A stretch of 64,000 nucleotides of DNA, taken from the NCBI GenBank assembly GCA_016933175.1, contig JAFGBK010000107.1, forward strand, positions 958-64,957. Direction: 5' to 3'. The notes under the pieces were generated by a model. The model made no database searches. It had not been told where the DNA came from and was given only the letters and a program-made list of their open reading frames with translations. The DNA is from Candidatus Krumholzibacteriota bacterium. Its GTDB lineage: Bacteria; Krumholzibacteriota; Krumholzibacteriia; JACNKJ01. The first letter of the stretch is position 1. Every line of letters begins with the position of its first letter. Both the position numbers and the translations under genes were made by a program. This document shows, one piece after another, positions 1 to 9,043 of the stretch.

Positions 1-2
1 AC

Positions 3-1865
3 GGGTACAAGCGACTGCAGATCATCGCCCCGGGCGAGACGCCGGCGCCCGGCGCCAGCTCGGCCACGGGCAAGACCGGCGCCCCGATCATGCAGCAGGC
101 CGAGGTCCCCTTCATGCTGCAGGTGCGGGCCACCGACCAGTACTGGAATCTCCTCGACGACTTCGACGCCGGCGCGATCCGCCTGGCCAGCTCCGACGGC
201 AGCCTGGGCGACGGCAATCCCGTCAACCAGGGGGCGCCACTCATCGGCGGCATCGGCGACTACGCGGTGGTACTACACGACCAGGGCAGCGTCACCATCA
301 CGGCCGAGGATGAGGACGACAGCGCCATCCTCGCCCATGCCGTCGACATCCCCGTGGGCCAGGCCAGCTACCAGATCCTGGTGCCGGCGACGGCCCAGGC
401 CGGACCGCCGGCCGTCTTCCCGATCACGGTGCGCCTGGTGCGACCCGACAGCTCCCTGATCACGATGGCCAACCACGAGGTCTTCCTGCAGGCCCTGCGC
501 CCCAACCACGAGGGGGCGCACGACACCCTCGGCGTGCGCACGGGCGTGCTGGCCGCCGGCGAGCTGCACATTCCCCATCAGACCTACGCAACGGTCGAGG
601 ACATCGTCATCCGCGTCAGCGACGACCTGGGCCGCCAGAGCTACAGCCCCGTCATCCACATGGTCCCCGAGGACGTCACCTATCTCGTCGAGACGCCGAC
701 GACGGCGGTGGTCGGGCCGCCGGCCACGTTCACGGTCTCCCTGCGGCTCGTGGACACGGCCACCGGCCAGCTCGTCACCAGCGACGACCGCTCCTTCGGG
801 CTCGTCGCGCTGAACCACAACACGGGCGAGCCCGGCACCGGCTCCCTGTCGCTGACCAGCGGCAGCACCACCGGCGGCCTGTGCACCCTCGAGCTGTCCT
901 ACTCGGCGGCGGAGGCCATCTACCTGCGGATCACGGACGACCGCGGCGTTTCGGTCTTCAGCGACCCCGTCCAGGTGGCGCCGGGGCCGCCGAACAACCT
1001 GCAGGTGACGAGCAGCCACGACGAGCTGGAGGTCGGTCACACCGCCAACGTGACGGCGACCGTCCGCGACCTCTTCGGCAACCTGGTCGTCAACAGGGTG
1101 GTGACCTTCGCCCTGCTGGCCGGCGACGGCGTGCTGGGCGCCGACTCCGTGCTGACCGGCAGCCTCGGCACGGCCACCACCACCGTTTCCGTCCCCGCCG
1201 GCGGGCGTGCGGACATTCGCCTGCGCGTCGGCGTGGCCGGCCTGCCGGACCGGACGATCGACATCGGCGTCATCGGGCCGCCCCTGACGGTGATCAGCCT
1301 CGACGGCACGGCCGTCGAGGCCCACGGCGCCGTCGTCGTGACGCCGGAGACCGTGTTCCAGCTGCAGAGCTCCAGCGAGATCGGGCTGCACCAGGTCTAC
1401 TACGGCGTGGATCTCGGCGCCGAGGACCTGCCCCAGGCCGTCTACTCGGCCCCCCTGACCTTCGCCGACCTGGGCATCGCCGCGACGGGCCGCCACACCC
1501 TCAGCTTCTTCGCCGAGGACATCCACGGCAACCGCGAGAACGTGCAGACCCTGGAGATCCTGCTCGGCGCCGAGCTGGCCGCCGACAAGTCCATCAGCAA
1601 CCGCCCCAACCCGTTCCGCGCCGGGCGCGAGGAGACGCTGATCCTCTTTCGCGCGCGGGCGAGCGGCGTCGCCGAGGTCGAGCTCTACGACCTCTTCGGG
1701 CACCTCGTCTGGAACCGCTCGCTGGACGTGAGCGCCGGCGCGGTGCACCAGGTGCCCTGGGACGGCCGCAACGGGCGCGGAGAGGTGGTGGGCAACGGCG
1801 GCTACGTCTGCGTGGTCCGCACGGGCGGCGAGATCCTCAAGCGCAAGATCGCGGTGCTCAAGTGA
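3..1865 (+). CDS. Large exported Ig-like repeat protein with C-terminal FlgD-Ig (T9SS type A-like) domain; 5' truncated by window edge
   Basis: The frame of ORF 90..1865 is open back to position 3 (GYKRLQIIAPGETPAPG...). It has repeated Ig-like modules (Q/V-A/V-GPPAxFxxTVxL) and a Big_1-like segment. The C-terminus NRPNPF...LYDLFG...WDGRN...GNGGY...KRKIAVLK is an FlgD-Ig/CTD signature. Confidence 0.8.
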   Translation, partial: GYKRLQIIAPGETPAPGASSATGKTGAPIMQQAEVPFMLQVRATDQYWNLLDDFDAGAIRLASSDGSLGDGNPVNQGAPLIGGIGDYAVVLHDQGSVTITAEDEDDSAILAHAVDIPVGQASYQILVPATAQAGPPAVFPITVRLVRPDSSLITMANHEVFLQALRPNHEGAHDTLGVRTGVLAAGELHIPHQTYATVEDIVIRVSDDLGRQSYSPVIHMVPEDVTYLVETPTTAVVGPPATFTVSLRLVDTATGQLVTSDDRSFGLVALNHNTGEPGTGSLSLTSGSTTGGLCTLELSYSAAEAIYLRITDDRGVSVFSDPVQVAPGPPNNLQVTSSHDELEVGHTANVTATVRDLFGNLVVNRVVTFALLAGDGVLGADSVLTGSLGTATTTVSVPAGGRADIRLRVGVAGLPDRTIDIGVIGPPLTVISLDGTAVEAHGAVVVTPETVFQLQSSSEIGLHQVYYGVDLGAEDLPQAVYSAPLTFADLGIAATGRHTLSFFAEDIHGNRENVQTLEILLGAELAADKSISNRPNPFRAGREETLILFRARASGVAEVELYDLFGHLVWNRSLDVSAGAVHQVPWDGRNGRGEVVGNGGYVCVVRTGGEILKRKIAVLK

Positions 1866-1882
1866 GAAGGGGAGGAATGGGC

Positions 1883-3124
1883 ATGAAGCAGCCTGCCATC
1901 CTGGCGCTGTCGCTCCTGCTGCTGGCGGCGGCCGCCGCCGCCCAGGAGCCTGCGGCCGGTCAGCCCGGTGCCTTCCTGCGCTTCGGCGCGGGCGCCCGCG
2001 GTCTGGCCATGGGCGGCGCCGGCGCGGGGCTGGCCGACGACGCCGGCGCCCTCTACGCGAACCCGGCCGGCCTGGATCAGGTGCGCAGCCCCGAGCTGCT
2101 GCTGTTCCACGCCAACCTGCTGGAGGACACGCACTACGGCTTCCTGGGGCTCGTCTATCCCCTGGGGCGCCTGGGCACCCTCGGCGTGTCCGGCGTGATC
2201 CTGCAGTCGGACGGCTACGAGCGCGCCACGCTCACGGACGACCTGGGCGAGACCTTCGCGGACAGCCGCAACGCCCTGCAGCTCACCCTCGCCCGCCGCG
2301 CGGGCCCCGTGAGCGTCGGGGTCACCTACCGCCACGTCAACCAGAGCCTGGCGGGCTACAGCGGCGGCGGGGACGGCCTGGACCTGTCCCTTTTCAGCCG
2401 GCCTCTGCGCTCCCTCAGCGTCGGCCTCAGCCTGCAGAACCTGCTGGCGCCGCGCGTCACCCTCTACCAGGACGAGGAGCGTTACCCGCTCACCCTGCGC
2501 GCCGGCCTCGCCGTGCACCTGGCCGGCGGGCGCCTGCTGCCCGTGCTGGACCTGGTCCGCGTCGGCGACGCGCCGACGATCCTGCAGGCCGGCTGCGAGT
2601 ACTGGAGCTTCGGCCGCGTCGCCCTGCGCGCCGGCTGGGACACGGGGCTCAACCGCTACGCCGCCGGCGGCGGCTACCGCCACGGGCCCTGGCAGTTCGA
2701 CTACGCCGTCGCGGACACCCCCATCGGCCTCTCGCACCGTCTGAGCCTGACCTGGCGCTTCGGCCGCACGCCCCAGGGCGTGAGCATGCAGGCGAGCACG
2801 GCGCGCTTCTCGCCGAGCGGCGAGCTGAACAAGGTGGACCTCCAGCTCGAGAGCGGCCTGCGCGGCCGCGCCCAGGGCTGGGAGCTGGTGATCTACACGC
2901 CGGCGGGCGAGCCCTGCCACAGCGCCCGCGGCAGCAAGGAGCCGCCCGCGGTCTACTCCTGGGACGGCCGCGACGACCGCGGCCGCCTGGTGCCCACGGG
3001 CCGCTACCGCGTGATGATCATCGTCCTCGACGAGTTCGGCGATCCCTGGACCCAGGAGACCGTCGTCGAGATCCGCGACTACGATCCGGACCTGAAGACC
3101 CCGGTCCGGATGGAGATGCACTGA
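1883..3124 (+). CDS. PorV/PorQ-like outer-membrane beta-barrel fused to an FlgD-Ig-like domain
   Basis: GGAGG RBS at 1871-1875 and ATG at 1883. Signal peptide, then FLRFGAGARGLAMGGA and ALYANPAGL (PorV/FadL-like N-terminus). Barrel ends DYA...HRLSLTWRF, followed by RFSPSG and WDGRDDRGRLVPTGRY. Confidence 0.8.
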   Translation: MKQPAILALSLLLLAAAAAAQEPAAGQPGAFLRFGAGARGLAMGGAGAGLADDAGALYANPAGLDQVRSPELLLFHANLLEDTHYGFLGLVYPLGRLGTLGVSGVILQSDGYERATLTDDLGETFADSRNALQLTLARRAGPVSVGVTYRHVNQSLAGYSGGGDGLDLSLFSRPLRSLSVGLSLQNLLAPRVTLYQDEERYPLTLRAGLAVHLAGGRLLPVLDLVRVGDAPTILQAGCEYWSFGRVALRAGWDTGLNRYAAGGGYRHGPWQFDYAVADTPIGLSHRLSLTWRFGRTPQGVSMQASTARFSPSGELNKVDLQLESGLRGRAQGWELVIYTPAGEPCHSARGSKEPPAVYSWDGRDDRGRLVPTGRYRVMIIVLDEFGDPWTQETVVEIRDYDPDLKTPVRMEMH

Positions 3125-3135
3125 GGGAGCGCACG

Positions 3136-6100
3136 ATGAGGAAGGGAATCCCAAAGACCGTCCTGGCCGGCATGCTGCTCGTCGTCGCCGCGGCGGCCGC
3201 CGCCCAGGAGAACGCGGGCGAGCTGATCGACCAGGCGGATCGGCTGCTGCAGAAGGAGGGCGCCAGCCCGGCGACGGTCGACGCCTACCGCGCCGTCTTC
3301 CAGAGGTACGGCGACTCCGAGCACGCGGCCCGCGCCCGCTACATGGCCGCCGAGTGCCTCTACCAGCTCGGCGACCTCGCCCCGGCCCGCGACGGCTACC
3401 GGCACGTGCGCGGCGCGTCCGGCGCGACTCCGGTGCTCGCGGCCTGCGCGGAGCTGCGCCAGGGCCAGTGCGACTTCGCCGCGGGCGAGTTCGAGGCGGC
3501 GCGCAAGCACTTCCGCACCGTCGTCGACGACTTCGACGACACCTATCTGGCGCGGGACGCCCGCTTCGCCCTGGCCCAGACCCTCGTCGCCCTCAACGAC
3601 TGGGAGACCTTCCGCGAGGTGGCCGACGAGTTGACGGAGCGCTGGCCCGGCTATGCCGAGCGGCCGGAGATCCGCTTCGCCTACGGCGTCTACCACTGGG
3701 AGCTGGGCGGGCTGGCCGAGGCCAAGGAGCACTTCCGCCACGTGGAGTCCGAGCGCGCGCGCTTCTACTACGCCCGCTGCCTGGCGGCGGAGGGCCAGCA
3801 CCTGCAGGCCGTCCAGCAGTTCCGCCAGCTCCTGGTGCGCTATCCGCGCACGCCCCTGGCCGAGGACGTGCGCTTCGCCATCGCCGAGTCCTTCCTGCAC
3901 TCCGGCCAGAGGGGGCTGGCCAGCAAGGCCTTCCAGGAGCTGCTGCGCAAGCACCCGGACGGGACCCACGCCCGGGCCGCCCGCTTCAAGCTGGCCACCA
4001 TCCAGTACCGCGAGGAGGACTACACGCGCACCCTCGAGAGCCTGGACGCCCTGGCGAACGACCTGCCCGCGGAGGATTCCCTGCACGAGAAGGTCGCCAT
4101 GCTGCGCGGCCTGACCCACTTCAAGCTGGGCCGCGAGAGCGAGGCCGACCAGGCCTTCAGCTTGGTGCTCCAGCGCTTCCCGGAGGGCCGCGCCAGCAGC
4201 GCCGCCCTGTTCCGCATGATCCACAACTACGCCCGCCGGGAAAACTGGAACCAGAGCCGCGGCATGTCCCTGATGTTCGCGGACCGCTACGCCGGCGATC
4301 CCCTCGCGGGGCGCGTCCAGCTCCTGCACGCCCTGGCCTGCCTGGAGCTGGGCGAGATGGTGGAGGCCCGGCAGCACCTGGGCAAGCTCCTGGACCAGCA
4401 CTCCGGCACGGACCTGGGCGAGAAGGCCCTCTTCCTGCTGACCTGGTCGTACCACCGGGAGCACGACCTCAGCCGCATCGTCACCAACTACCGCCACCTG
4501 GCGCGCAAGCTCCTGCCGACGCCCAATCCCTGGCGCGCCCGCACCTACTACCTCATCGCCGAGAGCTACTTCCAGCTCGGCCTCTACCAGGACGCCGCCG
4601 ACCTCTACCGGCTCGTGCTCAACGACTACCCCTTCAGCGACGCCGCCCCCTACGCGCTGCAGGGCATGACGGCCTCCTACAGCCACCTCGGCGACGACCA
4701 GCGGGCCGCCCTGGAGCAGGAGCGCTACCTGCTGGTCATCAGCAACGAGGCCGGCGACAATCCCGCCAACGCCCTGGCAGCCGCGGGCATGTACTACAAC
4801 CGCAAGGAGTACAAGAAGGCCCTCGAGCTCTTCGAGAGCTTCCTGGCCGCCATGCCCGAGGCGCCCGAGCACGCCGAGGCCCTCTACCAGTCGGGCGAGT
4901 GCCTCTACTCGCTCCAGTACTACGACGACGCCGTGCGCCGCTGGGAGCGCGTCCTGGGCGAGCACCCGGACTACGCCAGCACGCCGGAAGTGCTCTTCAA
5001 GCTGGCGGACACCCTCTTCGGCCTCCAGCGCTACGGCGAGGCGCACGCGCGGTTCACCGAGCTGGTCGAGCGCTTCCCCGAGCACCGCTTCGCCGAGGAG
5101 GCCCTCTTCAACGCGGCCAACTGCCTCTACAACCGCAAGGACTACGACTCGGCGGTCCGGGCCTTCGAGCGCTACACTGCGGCCTACCCCGAGGGCCTGC
5201 GCCTGGCCGACGCCGAGCAGGCCATCCATGCCTGCTTCCTGCGCAGCGGCCGCGATCTGCTCGAGTACGTGGAGCAGAATCCGGACGCGGTCTTCGCCGC
5301 CGAGGTCCTCTGGCAGAAGGGCAGCGAGGCCTTCGCCGCCCAGCGCTGGCAGGAGGCGGCGGATCACTTCGAGACCATCACCCTGCGCTATCCGGACAGC
5401 GAGTCGGCGCCCGACGCCCTCTACTACCTCGCCGAGTCCCGGTTCTCCCTGGGCCTGCACGGGCCGTCCCTGGCGGCCTTCCAGAACTACGCGGCCACCT
5501 ATCCCGATCGGGAGCTGGTGCCCGCCGCCCTGCTGAAGTCCGGCCACATCCTCTACCTCCAGGAGAACTACGCCGAGGCGGCCGGCAACTTCCTGGTCCT
5601 CTCCGACCAGTACCCCGGCAGCGACCTGGCCCCCCTGGGCCTGTACAACGCCGGCCTCGGCTTCCGCAAGCTGGAGCAGTGGCAGTCCTTCCTCGGCAAC
5701 GGCGAGGAGTTCCTGCGGCGCTTCGCGGGGCACGAGCGGCGTCTGGAGGTGCTCATGCAGATGGCCGAGGTCCATCAGAACGAGACCGGCCAGCCCGAGG
5801 AGGCCCTCGCTCTCTGGGACCAGGTCCTGGCCGAGCCCGGCGCCCCGGCCGACCAGGTCCAGTACCAGCGGGGCGAGTGCCTGCTGAAGCTGGGCCGGGC
5901 CGACGAGGCGGAGACGGCCCTGCGCCTCGCCGCCGCCGCGCCCGGCGCCATGGATGGCGACTTCGGCGTCGCCGCCCTGGCCCGCCTCGCCTCGCACCTC
6001 GAGGAGGGCGGGCGCCTCGCCGACGCGCGCGAGGTCTACCGACAGATCGCCGGCGAGGCCGGCAACCAGGAGTGGGCCGCCCTCGCGGCGGAGCGGGTGC

Positions 6101-6144
6101 AGGCCCTCAACGCGGAACTGCAAGCGGCCGACGGCCATGAGTGA
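3136..6144 (+). CDS. 1002-aa periplasmic tetratricopeptide-repeat protein (BamD/CpoB-like repeats)
   Basis: Signal peptide and many TPR-like repeats ending in ...YP.S..A..ALY/F. Confidence 0.88.
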   Translation: MRKGIPKTVLAGMLLVVAAAAAAQENAGELIDQADRLLQKEGASPATVDAYRAVFQRYGDSEHAARARYMAAECLYQLGDLAPARDGYRHVRGASGATPVLAACAELRQGQCDFAAGEFEAARKHFRTVVDDFDDTYLARDARFALAQTLVALNDWETFREVADELTERWPGYAERPEIRFAYGVYHWELGGLAEAKEHFRHVESERARFYYARCLAAEGQHLQAVQQFRQLLVRYPRTPLAEDVRFAIAESFLHSGQRGLASKAFQELLRKHPDGTHARAARFKLATIQYREEDYTRTLESLDALANDLPAEDSLHEKVAMLRGLTHFKLGRESEADQAFSLVLQRFPEGRASSAALFRMIHNYARRENWNQSRGMSLMFADRYAGDPLAGRVQLLHALACLELGEMVEARQHLGKLLDQHSGTDLGEKALFLLTWSYHREHDLSRIVTNYRHLARKLLPTPNPWRARTYYLIAESYFQLGLYQDAADLYRLVLNDYPFSDAAPYALQGMTASYSHLGDDQRAALEQERYLLVISNEAGDNPANALAAAGMYYNRKEYKKALELFESFLAAMPEAPEHAEALYQSGECLYSLQYYDDAVRRWERVLGEHPDYASTPEVLFKLADTLFGLQRYGEAHARFTELVERFPEHRFAEEALFNAANCLYNRKDYDSAVRAFERYTAAYPEGLRLADAEQAIHACFLRSGRDLLEYVEQNPDAVFAAEVLWQKGSEAFAAQRWQEAADHFETITLRYPDSESAPDALYYLAESRFSLGLHGPSLAAFQNYAATYPDRELVPAALLKSGHILYLQENYAEAAGNFLVLSDQYPGSDLAPLGLYNAGLGFRKLEQWQSFLGNGEEFLRRFAGHERRLEVLMQMAEVHQNETGQPEEALALWDQVLAEPGAPADQVQYQRGECLLKLGRADEAETALRLAAAAPGAMDGDFGVAALARLASHLEEGGRLADAREVYRQIAGEAGNQEWAALAAERVQALNAELQAADGHE

Positions 6145-6170
6145 CGGCAACGGTTTGGAAAGGAGTGCGA

Positions 6171-6821
6171 ATGTTCAGCGGTAACAGCTTCACCGCGGTG
6201 GTCCTCAGCAGCCCGACGATGATGGTGCTGCTCGTCTGCAGCGTCATCGTGGTGACCTTCGCTTTGGAACGCTGGTGGTTCTTCGCGCGCACCGGCATCT
6301 CGGCGAACCGATTCCAGGAGACCATGCGCAAGTACCTGTCGCGCAACCAGCTCAGCGAGTTCGCCACCTGGTGCCAGAGCGGCAAGAGCTCCTTGACGCG
6401 CATTCTCGGCGTCGCCGCCGAGAACGCTCGCCTGGACAAGGAGGCGGTGGATCAGCTCCTCGACATCGAGATGGAGAAGGAGCAGGTCCACATGGAGAAG
6501 AACCTCGCCGTGCTCGGCACCCTGGCGAACATCGCCCCCCTGCTGGGGCTGTTCGGCACGGTGGTCGGCATCATCCGGGCCTTCAAGGACATCGCCGTCA
6601 CCGGCAGCGGCGGCAGCTCGGTCATCGCCATGGGCGTGGCCGAGGCCCTGCTGACCACGGCGGCGGGCATCATCGTGGCCGTCATCGCCACCGTCTTCTT
6701 CAACGTCTTCACGCGCAAGATCCGCGTCCGCAGCATCGAGGTGGAGGACGCGCGCAACTGGTTCTGGAAGTACCTCGGCCGCACCGGCGCACCCGAGGGC
6801 CCCGGCGCCGCCGGCAAGTAG
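6171..6821 (+). CDS. exbB: MotA/TolQ/ExbB proton-channel family protein
   Basis: AGGAG RBS at 6161-6165 and ATG at 6171. Motifs APLLGLFGTVVGII and GVAEALLTTAAGIIVA. Confidence 0.92.
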   Translation: MFSGNSFTAVVLSSPTMMVLLVCSVIVVTFALERWWFFARTGISANRFQETMRKYLSRNQLSEFATWCQSGKSSLTRILGVAAENARLDKEAVDQLLDIEMEKEQVHMEKNLAVLGTLANIAPLLGLFGTVVGIIRAFKDIAVTGSGGSSVIAMGVAEALLTTAAGIIVAVIATVFFNVFTRKIRVRSIEVEDARNWFWKYLGRTGAPEGPGAAGK

Positions 6822-6830
6822 GAGGCGGCA

Positions 6831-7259
6831 ATGCGACGCAAGGGCAAGCCGACCGTCCGGACCATCGCCGAGGCCAACGTCACGCCCCTGGCTGACGTGG
6901 TGACGACCCTCATCGTCGTCTTCCTGATGACCATGCCGGCGCTGGTCTGGTCCGGCATCCAGGTCAACGCCACGCGGGCCGCCAAGTCCCGCGAGGTGGT
7001 GCGCAAGGATCGCAGCACGGCCGATAAGATGATGGTCCTGATCCACAAGGGCGTCATCGAGGTCGACGGCGAGAGCCTGCGCATGGCCGAGCTGGCGGAG
7101 CTGACGCGCGCCCGCATGGCCGACACCGACGACCGCACGGTCATCCTCGTCCCCGACGACGACGTGCCGCTGGGCTGGGTGGTGACGGTCATGGACGTTC
7201 TCAAGCAGAACGGGGCCGAGAGCCTGGCCCTCCTCAACCGGATCGGAGGAGAGGCATGA
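6831..7259 (+). CDS. exbD: ExbD/TolR family protein (canonical TM Asp retained, D22)
   Basis: NVTPLADVVTTLIVVFLM TM motif and C-terminal VV.VMDVLKQNG. Confidence 0.9.
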   Translation: MRRKGKPTVRTIAEANVTPLADVVTTLIVVFLMTMPALVWSGIQVNATRAAKSREVVRKDRSTADKMMVLIHKGVIEVDGESLRMAELAELTRARMADTDDRTVILVPDDDVPLGWVVTVMDVLKQNGAESLALLNRIGGEA

Positions 7260-7666
7260 GGATGCGCGACTACCGCATGGAAGCCAAGACGGACGTGGTT
7301 CCGATCATCAACGTCTCGCTGGTCATCGTCCTGACGCTGATGATCATCAGCCCCTTCCTCAACAACTCCGACCTGGAGGTGCAGCTGCCCGAGGCCACCA
7401 CCACGGAGACCGAGGACCAGGACAAGGTGGAGATCGTCATGACCGCCGACGGCCGCTTCTCCGTCCAGGAGGCGGAGGTCGACTTCGCGTCCCTGCCGGC
7501 GGCGCTGGCGGACCAGTTCGTCAACGCGCCGAGCCGCATGGCCGTGCTCAAGGCCGACAAGGGCATCGCCTACGGCGACGTGGAGCGGGTCATCGCCGTG
7601 ATCCAGAAGGCGGGCGCGCCGCGCATCGCCCTCGCCACGGAGCAGAAGACGGGGGGAGGCGACTGA
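7256..7666 (+). CDS. exbD: Second ExbD/TolR family protein (TM Asp replaced by Asn, N19)
   Basis: DVVPIINVSLVIVLTLMI, ADKGIAYGDV and AGAPRIAL motifs; 4-nt overlap with the upstream exbD. Confidence 0.88.
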   Translation: MRMRDYRMEAKTDVVPIINVSLVIVLTLMIISPFLNNSDLEVQLPEATTTETEDQDKVEIVMTADGRFSVQEAEVDFASLPAALADQFVNAPSRMAVLKADKGIAYGDVERVIAVIQKAGAPRIALATEQKTGGGD

Positions 7667-9021
7667 TGGGCCTCGGTTTCCCCCGGCCGTGCGCGGACCG
7701 GATGGCCTCCCAGCCCGGCCGCACGACGGTCCTGTCGGCGCTGGCCTCCACGGCCCTGCACGTCCTGTTCCTGGCCGCCCTGGCCCTGACGGCGGGCAAG
7801 GCCCGCCAGTCCGACGGGCCGGAGCTGATGGAGATCAGCTACATCGTGGAGCGCTATGGCGCCGAGGTGGCCTCGCGGGTGACCCTGGCCCCCGAGCGCG
7901 TGGCGGCCCTGCGCGGCGGCGCGCCGAAGCTGGAGGGATCCCTCTTCGGCCGCTTGGAGCCGGACCTGTCCCTGCGGACGCCGACGGCGCCCCTGTCGGC
8001 CGCCGCCGAGGCGGCACCGGCGCGGGAGCGCCTGGCCGCGGCGGCGCCCGCGGCGCCGCCCGTGCTGGAGTCGCGCGCGCGTCCCGACACCGCTCCCCCG
8101 GCGGCCCTGGCGGGTCCGCTGGTGGCGGCCGTGCCGGGATCCCTGGCGGGCGGCGACACGGCGGCCCCCGCCGCCCTCGGGCCGCCGTCGGCGCCGCCGG
8201 TCGATCTCGCGGGCAAGGCGCTCGTCGGCCGTCCCGCTCCCGACATCGCGTCGGCGCCCTTCGCCGTGGCCGAGACCGAGCCGCCGGGCGCGCCGCTGAC
8301 CCTGGCCGCCCCCGCGGGCGGCTGGTCGGGCGGCCATCCGAAGCTGGCCGGCGGCACCCTGCCGCCGGGCGAGGAGGCCTGGCGCGGCGATCTGCCCGGC
8401 AGCGGCGGACGCGGCGCGCCGGGATCCGACGCCGGCAAGGGCCTCGCCTCGCGCGACGCCCTGTCCCGCCTCGCCGCCGAGGGCCCTGCCGCGTCCGGCG
8501 GGGACGACGGGCCCGCCACTGCCGCCGGGGACGGATCCGCCGCGGGCGCCGGGGCGACGCGTGGCCGCGGCCTGGTGTCGCGGGGCGGCGCCGACGCCGT
8601 CACACGCAGCGGCTCCCTGATCCGCGAGAGCACCCGCGGCGATGCCGCCGGGCCGCCGGCGGGCGAGCTGCAGGCCGCGGCGCCGGAGGAGCCCGGCGCG
8701 GCCGGCGAGGCGAAGCGTTCCCTGTCGGGGGACGGCGTCAGTCTCACGCTCAGCGGCCCGATCCTGGACCGGGAGATCCTGTTCTCATCGCCGCCGGATT
8801 ATCCCGCCGAGGCCAGGCGCCGCGCCTGGCAGGGCGCCTGCGCCCTCTACTTCACCGTGCGAGAGGACGGCTCCGTGGGAAAGGTGCTCATCGAGACGGC
8901 AAGCCCCCACCGCGTCCTGGACGAGGCGGCCCGGCGCAGCCTCGAGCGCTGGCGCTTCGCCGCCCGTCCCGGGGCGGCCGAGCAATGGGGCATCCTGACC
9001 GTGGTCTTCCGCCTGCGCTGA
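7666..9021 (+). CDS. tonB: TonB-family energy transducer
   Basis: N-terminal TM with SxxxH (STALH), long Pro/Ala/Gly linker, and TonB_C domain PDYPAEARRRAWQG...FTVREDGSV...WRF. Confidence 0.88.
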   Translation: MGLGFPRPCADRMASQPGRTTVLSALASTALHVLFLAALALTAGKARQSDGPELMEISYIVERYGAEVASRVTLAPERVAALRGGAPKLEGSLFGRLEPDLSLRTPTAPLSAAAEAAPARERLAAAAPAAPPVLESRARPDTAPPAALAGPLVAAVPGSLAGGDTAAPAALGPPSAPPVDLAGKALVGRPAPDIASAPFAVAETEPPGAPLTLAAPAGGWSGGHPKLAGGTLPPGEEAWRGDLPGSGGRGAPGSDAGKGLASRDALSRLAAEGPAASGGDDGPATAAGDGSAAGAGATRGRGLVSRGGADAVTRSGSLIRESTRGDAAGPPAGELQAAAPEEPGAAGEAKRSLSGDGVSLTLSGPILDREILFSSPPDYPAEARRRAWQGACALYFTVREDGSVGKVLIETASPHRVLDEAARRSLERWRFAARPGAAEQWGILTVVFRLR

Positions 9022-9043
9022 GGACCCGCACCGGAGAGAGAGC

